Below, one piece after another: positions 41,401 to 54,745 of a stretch of DNA of 62,911 nucleotides; the stretch's first letter is position 1; every line of letters starts with the position of its first letter. Below the pieces are notes generated by a model. The model saw only the letters and a list, made by a program, of their open reading frames with translations, was not told the origin of the DNA and made no database searches. The translations under genes were made by a program, and so were the position numbers. The stretch lies in IMG/VR virus record IMGVR_UViG_3300045988_079349; one strand, given 5' to 3'. This stretch comes from a virus.

Positions 41401-44234
41401 CTAAAGATGAATAGGAAGCTAGATAGGCGGAATATGATAGTTGGCAATTACAAAAAGAAGTTGCTGATGAATTATTCTAGGCTCGTTAGGACGCTTTAGC
41501 TCAATATGAAGAAACTCTCGATAAGATTCAAGATGTAAAAGATGAGCAAGAAGAGCTAGAAAGAAATATTGCAGATAATAGATTAAATTAGATTGAATAT
41601 AAACTTGAAGTTGCGATAGATATAAAAGATGCTAAAGATGCGGTTAATGAGCTAACAAGACAAATAGCAGAATCTTTTGGTGATGAGCTAACTCATGGAA
41701 TGGAAGTCGCTCGTATTGATAAAAACAGTATGAACGAGAACATTGAAATCATCAAGAGCTATGAAGAAGCCCTTAAAAGTTATCAGGAAGAATTAGCTAA
41801 TGCCACAGATGCGACTAATATTGATGAGATTGTAAGTAAGTTATCTGACTTACAAGGTAAAATGATTTCTACCGCAGAGGCTTTGCTTGATTGGGTAGAA
41901 GGTCTTGAAGAAATGCTACCAGATGCATTAGATGCCGCGTCAGAAAGATTTGCTGCTTTTACTGATTAGCTTGATCATAATGAATCTGTTCTAGGGCTCA
42001 TCAAAGAATTATATGCTCTTTAGGGAGTTACATATAAGACCGAAGAAGGATTTGAATAGCTTCAAGAAGTAAGCGAAGAAACTATGAAGGCTTAGGTCGC
42101 CAATGCATAGCTGAATAAACAATGGTATGACGGAATCCGTCAAGAACTATTGGAAGCTCAAGCTGCATTAGATGCATTAGGCGGAGATGAAACCGATCCT
42201 GCATATGATGGTTTAAAAGCTAATAGAGATGCTCTACTAGAAGAATTTAATGAAGCACAAGAGGCTATGTTAAGTTCCGCGCAAGCTGCTATGGAGACTG
42301 CTTAGGAGATGTATACTCAAGCTATTGAAAGAGCAGTATATGAATTTGGATAGGCTGTTTCTGGTGGAGTAGGATTAGATCTACTACAAGACAAATTCGA
42401 TCATTATATCGAACAAGAGGATAGATATTTAGATAAAGTAAATGAGGCGTATGAGGTATCTTCTTGGTATAATAAACTACAACAAGATATTGATAAAGCT
42501 ACTAACTCTAAGATGAAAGATTAGTTAAAGTAGCTGCAAGAGGAAATTGATATACGTAGAGAGAATAATACCTTATCTGAGTACGATTTAGAAATTCTCG
42601 AAGCTAAGTATAATGTTCTTTAGGCTTAGATGGCACTTGAAGATGCTCAAAATGCAAAGAATCAACTTAGATTAGTAAGAGATAGTCAAGGTAACTGGAA
42701 TTATCAATACACCGCAGATGCGAGCTAGATAGCAGATGCAGAGCAGAATTTACTTGATGCGGAGAACGAATGGTATAATATAGCAAAGCAACAGGTAGAG
42801 GATGTTACAGGAGAGATTATTTCTACTTGGCAAGAGTGTCAAGATAAGATAAAAGAAATCTATTCTGATATGACCTTGACTGATGAAGAAAGATCTGCTC
42901 GCGCGCAAGAAATTTATTCTTATTATACGCAGAAGGTTAAGGACTTAGAGAGCGAAAAACAGATCGCTATTTAGGATATGACCGAAGCCGGCAATAAAGC
43001 CTTAATTGATATGGCTATTGTTGCGGGAGATGAGGTAAGTGACTTAACTGGAATTACAAGTCAAGAAATTCAAGATATTATAGCTAATTCCGGCTCTAGC
43101 ATTATTGATTTGTTGCTATCAGATAATGAGTAGATTCAAGATATAGTAGGAAGTAATACAAAACTTATTGACCTATTTGATAACGTATTTGCGAAAGACT
43201 TAGCGAATATGACCGCTAATGCCGGCAACTTTGAAGAGTTTTTATCTAATGCAATGGATGAAGCTAGCGGAGCGATGGAGGATTATCAAACTACTGTTTC
43301 TGGAGTAGCCGATTAGACTGGAACAAGTCTTGATGATTTAAAAGATTATATCGACGATGTTTCAACTTCTACTGATTTGTGTTCTGAGGCTGGATCAAAA
43401 GCTGTTACTTAGATGTTAGAATAGATAAGCACTATTCAAGATTTAAGTCAAGAGTATTTAGATATGGCCGATTCAGTCAGAGAATATGTAAGATCACTTG
43501 AAGAAGCCGCTAGAGCTGCTGGTAACACAATAGAAAGCGCAGGAAGTATAGATAAAGATGACTTGCCTTCTTCTGATTCAAGTCAATCTTCTGATACTGA
43601 TAAAGGTAGCTCAGGCGATAGTGGTAGTGGATCTTCCAGTAGTGGAACTGGAGGAGGTAATGGAATCCCCGAAGTAGGAGATGAAGTTATTTATACTGGT
43701 GGAACTTACTATCATGATTCTTATGGCACTGATCCTGCTGGTAGACGCGGTCCAGGTAAAAAGGTTAGAATAACAAACATAGCTAAGGGTAGACCTTATC
43801 CAATCCATGTACAGTCCAATAATTCCGCTTATGGATGGCTAAAAGAAAGTTAGATAAGTGGCTTCGATACTGGAGGATATACTGGAGAATTTGATAATGC
43901 TAAATTAGCTTTCTTACATGAAAAAGAGTTAGTTTTAAATCAAGAGGATACGAAAAATATCTTGGCGGCGGTCTCTGCTATGAGAGCCTTTGGACCTAGT
44001 TTTATAGCCTCTATTGAGAAAACTCTTGACGGGAACGCACTATCTATTTCTAGTATTATGGCATCTAGATTGGGAACTAATACCTAGATTGCGCCGACAG
44101 ATAATGTGGTTTAGCCAAATATAAATATTGAGCGAGTTGAATTCCCCAATGCGACATCTTCTGATGAAATTCAAGATGCTATTCGTAGTTTGGCGGATGA
44201 TGCTACTCAATGGGCGAATAGAAGAAAAGAATAA
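35436..44234 (+). CDS. tail tape measure protein, ~2,932 aa, with roughly 100 in-frame TAG codons
   Basis: AAAGGAGG RBS then GTG. One frame stays open to a TAA when TAG is read as sense. It joins the track ORFs 37878..38153, 38169..38354, 39048..39272, 41208..41414, 41700..41969 and 43464..43853, all in the same phase. Long Ala/Glu-rich coiled coils, a hydrophobic segment (38169..38354) and a C-terminal SH3-like domain. Confidence 0.8.
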
Positions 44235-44285
44235 TAGGGGAGATTTTCTCCCCTATTATTCCCTATGAGTAAAAGGAGGAAGAAT

Positions 44286-47200
44286 ATGAATACAGCTTCT
44301 GAATCTATTTTTTAGACAATAGATATTCTTGTTGATAAAGCACTATCAAAATTAACTTATGATAAAACTGTTTCAGCAGAGATCAATAGTATCGTTAATC
44401 TTGATACTGGAGAATATAAAGTTAAATATTCTGGTAATATAGTATCTGCTTTTTCTGATGATGTAAAAAAGCAATATAAAGTAGGAGATACTGTATACGT
44501 TACCATACCTCAAGATGACTTGTCAGCAAGGAAAAGAATAGTATGTAAAACAAGTGAATAGTCGCTATCATACGGAGAGATGCTATCTTTATCTAATTCA
44601 ATAATAGAGAAAAGCCCAACCTTTGATACCATGTATGAATATGATAAAAACGCGGAAAGGAGCGTTGTAGCTGGAGCGCCTGCCGATAGTGATCTAAGTC
44701 AATAGATTATTTATGATGGTATTGAAGAGGGTTATCATGGATTATTCCAACAATACGCAAACAATAATGAACTTATTAGAATCAAGGCTTCTTTCTTGAC
44801 CACCTTCCACTGTGAGCATACAAAAGGAAATTATGGTTTAGATATATAGTTTTTCACAAAAAGTGGAGATATAGTTTCTTACAAACTAGATCTAAGCTCT
44901 TTTAATGGAGATCCATATCGCTTTTAGGTCTATAGCCCGCAATCTGTAGTCATAAAAACTCAAAAGAATTATTTAACTGGACTTAAACAGATTAAATTAT
45001 TTGAAGAAAACTTTGTCTATGATCGTTATGTAGAATCTGGTGTAGTTACAGATAAAGAGAATAGAACTGTACCTAATATTTTTGTAAAGGATATAGAGAT
45101 TCAGTTTGTTGAATAGAAAGATTTAACTGATAATTTATATTACTTAGATATATCAACCCCGCGAGGAAACTCATTCACTAACGAGATCTCTTCTCTTGAT
45201 TTGGTTGGTAGATTGATTTATTAGGGCGATAATATTATGGACGAAGAAACCTGTGAATGTAAATGGTTTGAGAGGGATGTAAGCGTTTTACTAGGGAGCG
45301 ATTTGTATGACAAAAATGCTGGGGTAGGATGGGCTCCCGTCACAGCGTCCGAGAGCAATACGCTGACACTTAATGCTGAATAGGTTGAGTATCAAAAGTA
45401 GTATAAATTGATCGTTGTATATAATGATAGCGTGACATTAAGCGCAGAAACAACGATTTATAACTTAACAAGTGACTATAGTTTTGAGTTAGATCAAACT
45501 ACGGTTGGTGAAGATATTATCATTCAAATTTAGAACAATGTAGATGATACTGTTTTAATTGGAGATTGGTATATGCTTTATCCAGATGGAAGTTATACCG
45601 CAGTAGGGTTAAAACAAAATTCTATCACTGTAACTAATTTACTGCTATATTCTTCTGTTACTTTTGTTTGCGGCGTTTATAATAAAGAGTATAGCTAGAT
45701 TATTTGTGTATTAGAACATCTTGTCACAAATAGTTCTTCCGAGGAAGATGTTACAATCACTTATAATGGAGAAGATACCTTTAGATATGATGCAAACGGA
45801 GATATAACAATAGAAGATGCTGAGAAGGAACGAACTCTTTAGGTTGTTTTAACTTGGAAAGATGGAGTTGGAACTTCTTATAAGGTTGAATGGATTGGCC
45901 CAGATGGGAAAAATATCACTAATTCAAGATATAATCCTAGTGAATCTATGATAGAAAATCTTTGGGTTGACAATAGCAATATTTTACATTATACTATTAA
46001 ATAGAAGTATAAAGTTAATTTTAATAATAATACTATCTTAGTTCGTATAGTTACTATGGATGAATAGAGATACTCTTTCTAGAAAGAGATTTTATTCTTA
46101 AAAGATGGAGATTAGGGTACTAATGGTACGACCTATGTTACTGCAATTCGTCCTTTTGATGAAAGTACCGGCCTAAAACTTTCTGGTTTGGTTCCCCTTA
46201 TCTATAGAGATGACTCATGGCAAAATACTTTACCTTTAAGATGTTATGTATATAAAGATGGAGAGCTAATTAACGACAATGGAAGCTATACATTAACCTA
46301 TAAGTGGACAGGGGTTAATGTTAATATTAGGGATAGTGCCTTGGATGACCGCAAGATAATTAGTGGAGATAATCAACTAGTGTCTACTCCTATTGGTGGT
46401 TATGTGAAGGTATAGGTTACTATTAATGATAATAAGAATAATAGAACTTATGATATTTATAGTAATTATCCTATTGATGTCGCTGTTGATTTTTCTGATC
46501 AAGAAATAGAGAGTATTGATATTAGCTCTATTCCTTCTTATATTAAATATACTGCTTCTGGAGTAAATCCCTAGTTCTATAGTAATAATATTGAATTTAT
46601 TGTCAACAAAGTTGATTAGAGCAAGAATATTACTTCTATTGTAGAAGAAATATTAACAATAGAAGAATAGGATGGTCTTTACTATTTAGAACCGGCTTCT
46701 AGCTTTATTTTTGAAGATAATAGTATTGCATTGTTAAAGTGTGAATATGAGGGAAAATGTATTTATCATCCAATTATCTTGTATCTTGACACCTATGGAA
46801 ATGAATTAATTAATGGGTGGGATGGTACATAGCTTGAAATTGATGAAGAAAATGGTCAGTATATTTTGGCACCATAGATAGGCGCAGGAGAAAAAGATAG
46901 CTTTAATCGTTTTACTGGTGTAGTAATGGGGAAAGATAGTGTCTAGTCTAAAATTGGTTTGTATGGATATAAAGCAGGAGTTAATACCTTTGGTCTAATG
47001 GAAGATGGTACAGCCTTCTTTGGATCCAAAACTGGTGGTGGGTAGATTATTATTGATGGTACCTCTGCCGAAATTTATGGAGGAGGAAATTCTTCTGGTG
47101 AAGGTGGAGACGCATCCAATGGAATGACTATTACACTAGCAGATCTTAAAGCTGATGGCTCTACAGAGGCTATTAAAATCGGTGGCGGTGTTTTCACAGT

Positions 47201-48206
47201 AAAGTATAATGGTACTGTAAATGCGGCCAATGCTGAAATTTCAGGAACTATTTATGCTTCTTCCGGCAAGATAGGTGGTACAAAAACTGGGTCTAATGGT
47301 TGGACTATTGAAACCAATAGACTGTATAGCGGTTCTGGTTCAACAAGAGTCGAATTGAATAGCCAGTCGCCTACTAATACATCTACACCTACAAATAATA
47401 ATGATTTTGCTATGTGGGCTGGTAGTGCAACTGCTTCAAGCGCTAAGTTTTCTGTCTCTAAAGGTGGATTAATTACTGCTAAATAGGGAAATATTGGAGG
47501 ATGGATTCTTTCTTCTAATAAACTTACTAGCGATAATTACAGAACCGGTATAGCAAGTTCAGGAACTTATCGTTTCTGGGCTGGAGCTAGTTCTAGCAGC
47601 ACAGCAGATAGACCTGTTTTCTCTGGTTCTTCTTATTTTTATGTTACCAGTTCAGGTGAGATGTAGTGTAAAAATGCAACGATTAATGGCTCTATTTATG
47701 CAGACGATGGCGAAATCGGCGGGTGGACTATTAGTCCAAGTAGAATCTCTGGAGGCGGAACCACTCTATATTCAAATGGTAGGATTGTATGTGAGGATTT
47801 TGAATCTGATAACGTAGATATTAGTGGAGATATTAATGCGACTACTTTAACCTGTGATAATGGCGAAATCGGCGGGTGGACTATTAGTGAAGATGGATTA
47901 GAGAATGGTACTACAAGATTGTTTAACGGCTTAGTATAGACAGAATAGGTACAAATATATTATAATGATCATGGTCGCTGGAATACTTATCTTGGATTTT
48001 TAGGATATGTACCAGGTAGAGATGATGATGGTGTTACTGACAATATTGGTATTAGGACACTTGATTAGGGATAGAGTATTATTCTTTAGTCTGCAAGAAA
48101 TATAGCTTTAAATGCTGAGGGAGCAGGTATCTGGGTAAATGCAGAAAATTTCAACATGAATGTACCAAAATCTGGATAGAAAGGTATTTATGCCTAGTTT
48201 GCATAA
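44286..48206 (+). CDS. large tail protein (~1,306 aa; distal tail/tail-associated protein with repeated GEIGGWTIS-type motifs), about 60 TAGs
   Basis: In frame with track 46188..46415 and 47124..47486; repeats KIGGTKTGSNGWTIE, GEIGGWTISPS, GEIGGWTISED. Confidence 0.55.
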
Positions 48207-48219
48207 GGAGTGATTATAT

Positions 48220-48960
48220 ATGGGTTCTGTAACCTTACACTCTCCCTCTTATTCTAGTGTTGGATAGAGATATGCTTCAATAAGTTGTACTGCGGTAGGA
48301 TGGGTATATCCAAGCGATTCTGGAACAACCACAACCGGAGATAGTAAAAATGGTTCTAGAACTACTATCTCTTATAGTAATACAGTATGGAGTTGGAGTT
48401 TTAGTGATGGAGGAACTTCTAGCTCTAAAGAACCAACTCATACCTTTACTGGTTTAACTGCGGGCAGGGCAAATACGGTAAGAGGGACGTTGAGTGCTAG
48501 ATGCACAAAAACCACTACTGTAACTAGATGGTCTACCCATAGAGAAGAGGTAGGAAAAGACGAGGAAGGAAATCCAATTTATGAAGATGTAACAACAACA
48601 ACTGGTCCGACTACATCTAGGACAACAGTTAGCTTGGGGTCTGCATCAGATAGTGTAACTGTATATACACAACCAACTGGTTTTTCTTTTGGGTGTAGCC
48701 CGGGAGATTATATAGCAGATTATGCCACCGCAGCTAACTGGAATGAATTAGCCGATTAGGTTGGTAAATATAAAAGTTGGCGCAATCAATCAAGTTAGTA
48801 TTCTTCATATGATTATTTGAAAGTTTCAAGTGGAGATTGGATAACCGCAAGCATTTATAATTCTATGGCATCTGCCTGCGGGACTTCAAGAGTTACTGCG
48901 GATGAAACCTTGATTAGTGCAGCATTATTTGAAGCATTGGCGGATGCGGTTTCGCCATAA
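48220..48960 (+). CDS. hypothetical tail protein (~246 aa), 3 TAGs
   Basis: In frame with track 48490..48759. Confidence 0.45.
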
Positions 48961-48980
48961 GAGAAAAAGGAGTTTTAATT

Positions 48981-49286
48981 ATGAAAATGTCAAACAAGGA
49001 TATTTTAGAAATAACCGAGGGATTAAGTAATATAGTTCAAGATCAATCATGCCTTCCCGCAAGTGTGTCATATTCGGTGATAAGAAATTTAAAAATTCTT
49101 TCTTCTATTGCTGAGGATATTTATAATGAGCGCAAGAAAATTATTGAAAGGTATGGAGAACAAGTAGACGATATTACTTATTCAATCCCAGAAGAGAAAA
49201 GAGACGCGGCGAATAAAGAACTAAATAACTTATTAGCTGTAAATACTAGCGTTCCATTAGCTACCTTTTCTATTGATATTTTGTAG
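48981..49286 (+). CDS. hypothetical protein (101 aa), TAG-free
   Basis: ORF track; terminator follows. Confidence 0.5.
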   Translation: MKMSNKDILEITEGLSNIVQDQSCLPASVSYSVIRNLKILSSIAEDIYNERKKIIERYGEQVDDITYSIPEEKRDAANKELNNLLAVNTSVPLATFSIDIL

Positions 49287-49337
49287 GGATATGATATTCC
49301 TTTAAAGGTTATGAATATTCTATACTTTATGGTGGAG

Positions 49338-49378
49338 GCTGACGAGGAATAAAACTCGTCAGCCTTTTGGCCAATTAT
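49338..49378 (+). terminator. intrinsic terminator
   Basis: AGGCTGACGAGgaataaaaCTCGTCAGCCT followed by TTTGG. Confidence 0.55.
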
Positions 49379-49437
49379 CTTTATTAATGATATAAGATTT
49401 TTTAAATATCTTAGATGAGAAAAAGGAGGCGTTAACT

Positions 49438-52227
49438 ATGCCAATTAGTATTTACCCGCCTACTCTGTAGAGCACATAGCCAGCGTTTCTAGCCAGTGTG
49501 AATGTATATCAAATCTATTTTACCTTACAGTCAATTACATCTTTTAATGATATAGGACATATATAGGTAAGAATAGTGCGTTAGTCGAATAATAAAAGCA
49601 TTGTTAATACAAATCAATACCCAGATGGGACAATCTATAAAGCACCCTCTGCTATTGGTTCCCTGGGCAATTAGTATTTTGTATCAATCAATAAAAATGA
49701 ATTGTTCGAATCTTGGTAGCCAGGGTATTTATATAAAGTGCAGATGCGCTTTGGAATTAATCCTATGTATACCTCGGTAGATGAATTTGCAACATGGAAA
49801 CAATAGCAAATAGATGAAGGAGCTTTCTCTGAATGGTCTACTGTAATGGTAATTAAAGCGATAGATACTCCGACTATTATTATAGAAAACGACGAGGCAA
49901 AGCGAGAAGATGTTATATCTACAGAACGAGTAGAAGCAACTTTAACACCGCTATTTATTGGCAGTTACAAGATTGAATCTAGTAGTAATGAATTATTGGA
50001 TAAATATAAATTTGATTTATACAAAGGTTCTTCGTAGGATCTCAGTGATTTAATCGAAAGCTCTGGGTGGATCTAGCATAATGGCTCTATTAATAATACA
50101 GATACTCATAGATTTAAAACAGTATTAACTAATAGTGAAGATTATACTGTTGTGTACTCTATTATTACCGTCAATGGTTATGAGGGAGAGTCTGATTAGT
50201 ATAATTTTTCTGTTAGTCGAACTTATCTAGGTGATTTAGAAGGAGTATCTATAAGAGTTGAAGATAGCGATATATATTGCAAAGAGAATGGTTGTATAAA
50301 GATTTTTTGCACAGCAAAAGATGGATTAAGTGGAAGTTATGTAATAACTAGAAGTTCAGAGAAAGATAATTATTAGATATGGGAAGATTTGAAGTATCTT
50401 AAATTTTCTAATTAGGTTTTGAACGATTCACTAATCTATACCGATTTTATTATTGAAAGCGGAATTAGATACAAATACGCTATATAGCAAGAGAACTCCG
50501 CAGGATTGCGGACTTCCTAGGTATATGAAACCTCTAACCAAGGTCGTAGTGTTGATTTTGAGCACAGCTATATTTATAGAGATGGAGTATAGTTAAAACT
50601 ATCACTCAATCAAACCTTATCCAGCTTTAAACATACCACTTTAAGAAGTAAATAGGATACTTTAGGAGATAAATACCCTCATTTAATTTAGAATGGTAAT
50701 GCTTACTATGCAGAATTTCCTATTTCTGGTTTGATTAGTTTTTAGATGGATGAATATTAGACATTCTTCTCTCTAGATGATGATGGCCTTTATTATAATG
50801 GCAAACTTGCAATCCCAGAAGATAAGTTTACTATCAAAAATGTGGTTAGAGGAAAATGTCAAGAGAGATAGACAACTCATTCAGAAGTCTCAACTAATGA
50901 GAGTAAATTATCTATTTCAACTGATTTAACAGATGATAATGTTTTCATTGAAAGAGCTTTTAGAGAAAAGGTAGAAGAATTTTTAAATGATTTTAACTAT
51001 AAATTATTTAAGTCTCCAACCGAAGGGAATATAGTTATAGGCTTGCTTAATATTTCTTTGACTCCGAATAATACGGTCGGCCGCATGCTCTATTCTTTTT
51101 CTGCTACGGCATATGAAGTATTAGAGAACACCATAGAAAATTTAAATGAAGTTAATATAATTGATATTGGTGAATTTGAGAGTTTAGCAAGCGAAGATAG
51201 AATAAATTCCTTTGGGCAGATAAGCGGAATTTATGGTCGAAATATAGACTTATACGCAAAGATAAGAGAATAGGAAGAGGTTAGCATAGGTGGAGGGTAT
51301 AAACTAAACTTAGTTTAGGTTACTGATATCCTAGTTGAACAATACCCAAAGATAGATCTAACCGCGTAGCTACTAGAATTAGAAGCTCTTAGAGCGGAAG
51401 CCGCAGGTAATGAAGAAGATACTTCTGAGTATGATAGATAGATTGAGGAATGTGAAAATTTAATTCTTGCTCTTGATGGGCCTGAATCTGCGACTATTGA
51501 AATTAATGTTAATGGTTCAAGGATCTTAGTTGCACCAGGTAGAATGTATCATTTAAGTGAGAATGTTAATTCTCTATCTCTATCTGCATCAACAGTTCCT
51601 ATTATTGTGAATTATGTTTGTCAGTTAAATTAGGTTGAAGATGTTTCAGTGGGAGTTGTTTCTGCTATTGATGCTTCTCGTATTTGGGGTTAGATTTCTG
51701 GAATATTTACAGGAACAGATGGTGTTTTAAAGTTTTATAACTATGATTATAAGAATAGTGACACATATCGCATATTTAGTAATGTTCCTGCGAATATGGA
51801 AAAATTTCTAGTTAGGGATAAACAAGGAGATATTATTGTTGATAATACGACTTTTAATCTATATAAAACGGTAAATATCTACGAGATAATAAAAGAAGAG
51901 ACACAAAAGCAAGTTGAGCTTATATATAATACACACTTTGAATTAAGTAGCGATGGACAGCTAACAGACGGAGAGATTTATTACACTTTTAGTGATATTA
52001 CTTTGTTCGATATAGAAGCAGACGAAGGAACTACTATTCTTCTTAGCTCAAATGCTGATGGAAGTAATCCTATTACTGTAAAAATCGGTCCCACAGGGAG
52101 ATATACACTTAACCCATTGGATAATATGATTAAATATATCGCTCTAGAAAGCGCTCAATTCTGTGTAATAAACTATAAGTGTTTAACAAATCAAATGCGT
52201 ATGAAGGTGGAATAGTATTATGTTTGA
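49438..52227 (+). CDS. large tail/baseplate structural protein (~929 aa), about 45 TAGs
   Basis: In frame with track 49846..50037, 51043..51273 and 51796..52215. Confidence 0.5.
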
Positions 52228-54124
52228 TTATTTAAACGATATGGAATTTCTTACTGCCCTTGATAAGTTAAACATTAAAACCCATTATGCGAAAATTATT
52301 TTGCTTTCTTTCGATGAAAAACCTATTAGAGAGATACAAGGTCGCATAACAGCAGGAAGTTTAAGTGTTAATGGTTCATCTTCAGTGCGCAGAACAATTA
52401 GTTTAACTATGCTAGCCGATGGAAATAATAGCGATATAGAGAATATAGATAACGAGATTTCGATAAACAAAAAGGTTAAAGTGTTTGTTGGATATAATAA
52501 CCCCTTAAGATCTTATTCTAGTTATGGAGATATAATTTGGTTTCCTTGCGGACTATTTGTCTTGTCTAATGCATCAATAGCAAGATCGACTTCTGGATGG
52601 ACAATTTCTATAAATGGAAAAGATAAGATGTGTTTATTAGATGGAACTGCGGGAGGTACCTTTCCAGGTTCTATTACCCTCCATGAAAGTTACATATAGA
52701 AGAATGATGGAGATATAGAGATTGTATATCCGACCATATTCCAGATTATATATGAAGCGGTAAACCACTGGGGAGGGGAAGCTATAGAGAATATAATTAT
52801 TACAGATATAGAGGAAACCTGTAAAATGTTGGTTAAGTATATTGGTGACAAACCAGTATATTTTAGTAATAATTATGAGAGTATGGATTTCTCTCCCAGC
52901 TCAGACTTCCCGCATATGGTAAGCTATGGATAGGATGCTGGATATAAAGAAACAGAATTTACATATCCCGGTGAATTGATTTTAGATGCTGGTGATACTG
53001 TAACTGCATTACTAGATAAGATAGTGGATGTTCTTGGAAATTTTGAATATTTCTATGATATAAACGGTCGTTTTATCTTTTAGGAGATAAAGAACTATCT
53101 TAATACTGGAAGCCCTTTAACTGAACTTACGCCAGCAAACTATGTAAAGAGTTATAATAATGCTAAATTCTTATATTCTTTAACCGAGCTTGATACCACG
53201 ACTGCGATAACCCGCAGTCCAAAGTTTGATAATATTAAAAATGATTTTTATGTTTGGGGTAAAAGAAAAACTACATCTGATGTAGAAGTGGACATTAGAT
53301 ACCATTTAGCTATTGATACCAAACCTATTATAGATTTGGCTGGGTATTATATGTGGGCTATTAGTGATAAAGAAACTGGACTAATAGTAAGATATGATTT
53401 TAATAATATAGCTAGTGATTACTCTGTATCTGGATATGAAACAAAATTAATCGGGTCTCCATGTGATGAGTGGCGAGAAGAGCTGTACCGTAGAGCATTA
53501 AATGCGCAGGTAACTAATAGCGTATATGATAACTACTATGATTCCGAATTAATCGCGGAATGGCGTAATTTATATGATCCATTGAATGAGAAATGGGATG
53601 AATACGATCATTGGAACCCTGATGTTTTTAACAATCCAGAAAATTTGAACTATTGGTTAGATTTTATAGATACGGGTTCAGAGATGGGAAAATATTCAAT
53701 AAATGAAATAGGCAGAAGGACTAAAGTGGTTAATGGTTCTGATATAACTTCCGTATATAATATGGAAGCCCCTGATATTATTTTTATTGAAGGACTTGAT
53801 TAGGACTTGATAGCAGAATATCGAGGGATAGGTTAGAGATTTTTTGTTCTTACTTCTGAATACTATGATTTATTTTCAATAAGCTCTACTAATGCGAGTT
53901 GTTTTGATAAGATTAGAGAAATGTTGTATTAGAATTTAAATTATAATACAACCATATCTATTACTTGCTTACCAAAGTATTATATGGAGCCAAATAATAT
54001 TCTCTATATTGAAGATAAAGATAGCGGCATTAGTGGAAATTACTAGATAACTCAGTTTACTTTGCCTCTTGCTTATAATGGAACTATGAGCATTACTGCA
54101 ACGGAAGTATTAACGAGAGTATAA
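52220..54124 (+). CDS. baseplate/tail hub-like protein (~634 aa), about 12 TAGs
   Basis: In frame with track 52220..52699 and 53288..53803; C-terminal LYIEDKDSGISGNY.ITQFTL resembles baseplate proteins. Confidence 0.5.
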
Positions 54125-54140
54125 GGAGGAGTAGGAGATA

Positions 54141-54731
54141 ATGCCAACTGTTGGTCAAGTATATTATAATGTAATAGATAATAACAGTGGTAGCTACGTC
54201 TCTAGTGGGTAGAATATATTTAGTGATATTATTGCCTAGGTAGGAGCCTCTCAATTTAATAAAGTTGGGGTATAGGCTCCTGCCGGCACAAAAATAGTTA
54301 TGAATGAATCAAAGACTATTATGGTTGGTAGAACTGGAATATATGAACTAGATGATGACATAGCTATTACTAATATGTATTTTATTAGACCTAGAAAGTA
54401 TGAAAAAGATGAAGAAGCCTCCTAGTAGGCGATTGAGTAGGGAACTGAAGGAATGTAGGCTGCGGATAAAAAACGAGCAGACGATTTGGAACAATTTTAT
54501 AAAGAAAATCCAGTTATGCCAGACCCGGATACAGATCCAGAGGGATATAGAGCTTACTGGGATTCATATAATAATATTTAGACTACCTATATAGAGGCTT
54601 ATTAGACAGCATTAAGTTTGTATAATTAGGGTGTAAACGGTATATATGTGTTACCCAATCCTGATAATATTGATGCTCCAGAGAACTATTAGGATTTGTA
54701 TAATGTTATTATTGATTTTATCTATGTATAA
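54141..54731 (+). CDS. hypothetical tail protein (~196 aa), about 14 TAGs
   Basis: GGAGGAG RBS then ATG. Confidence 0.45.
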
Positions 54732-54745
54732 GGAGGTGTCAAACT

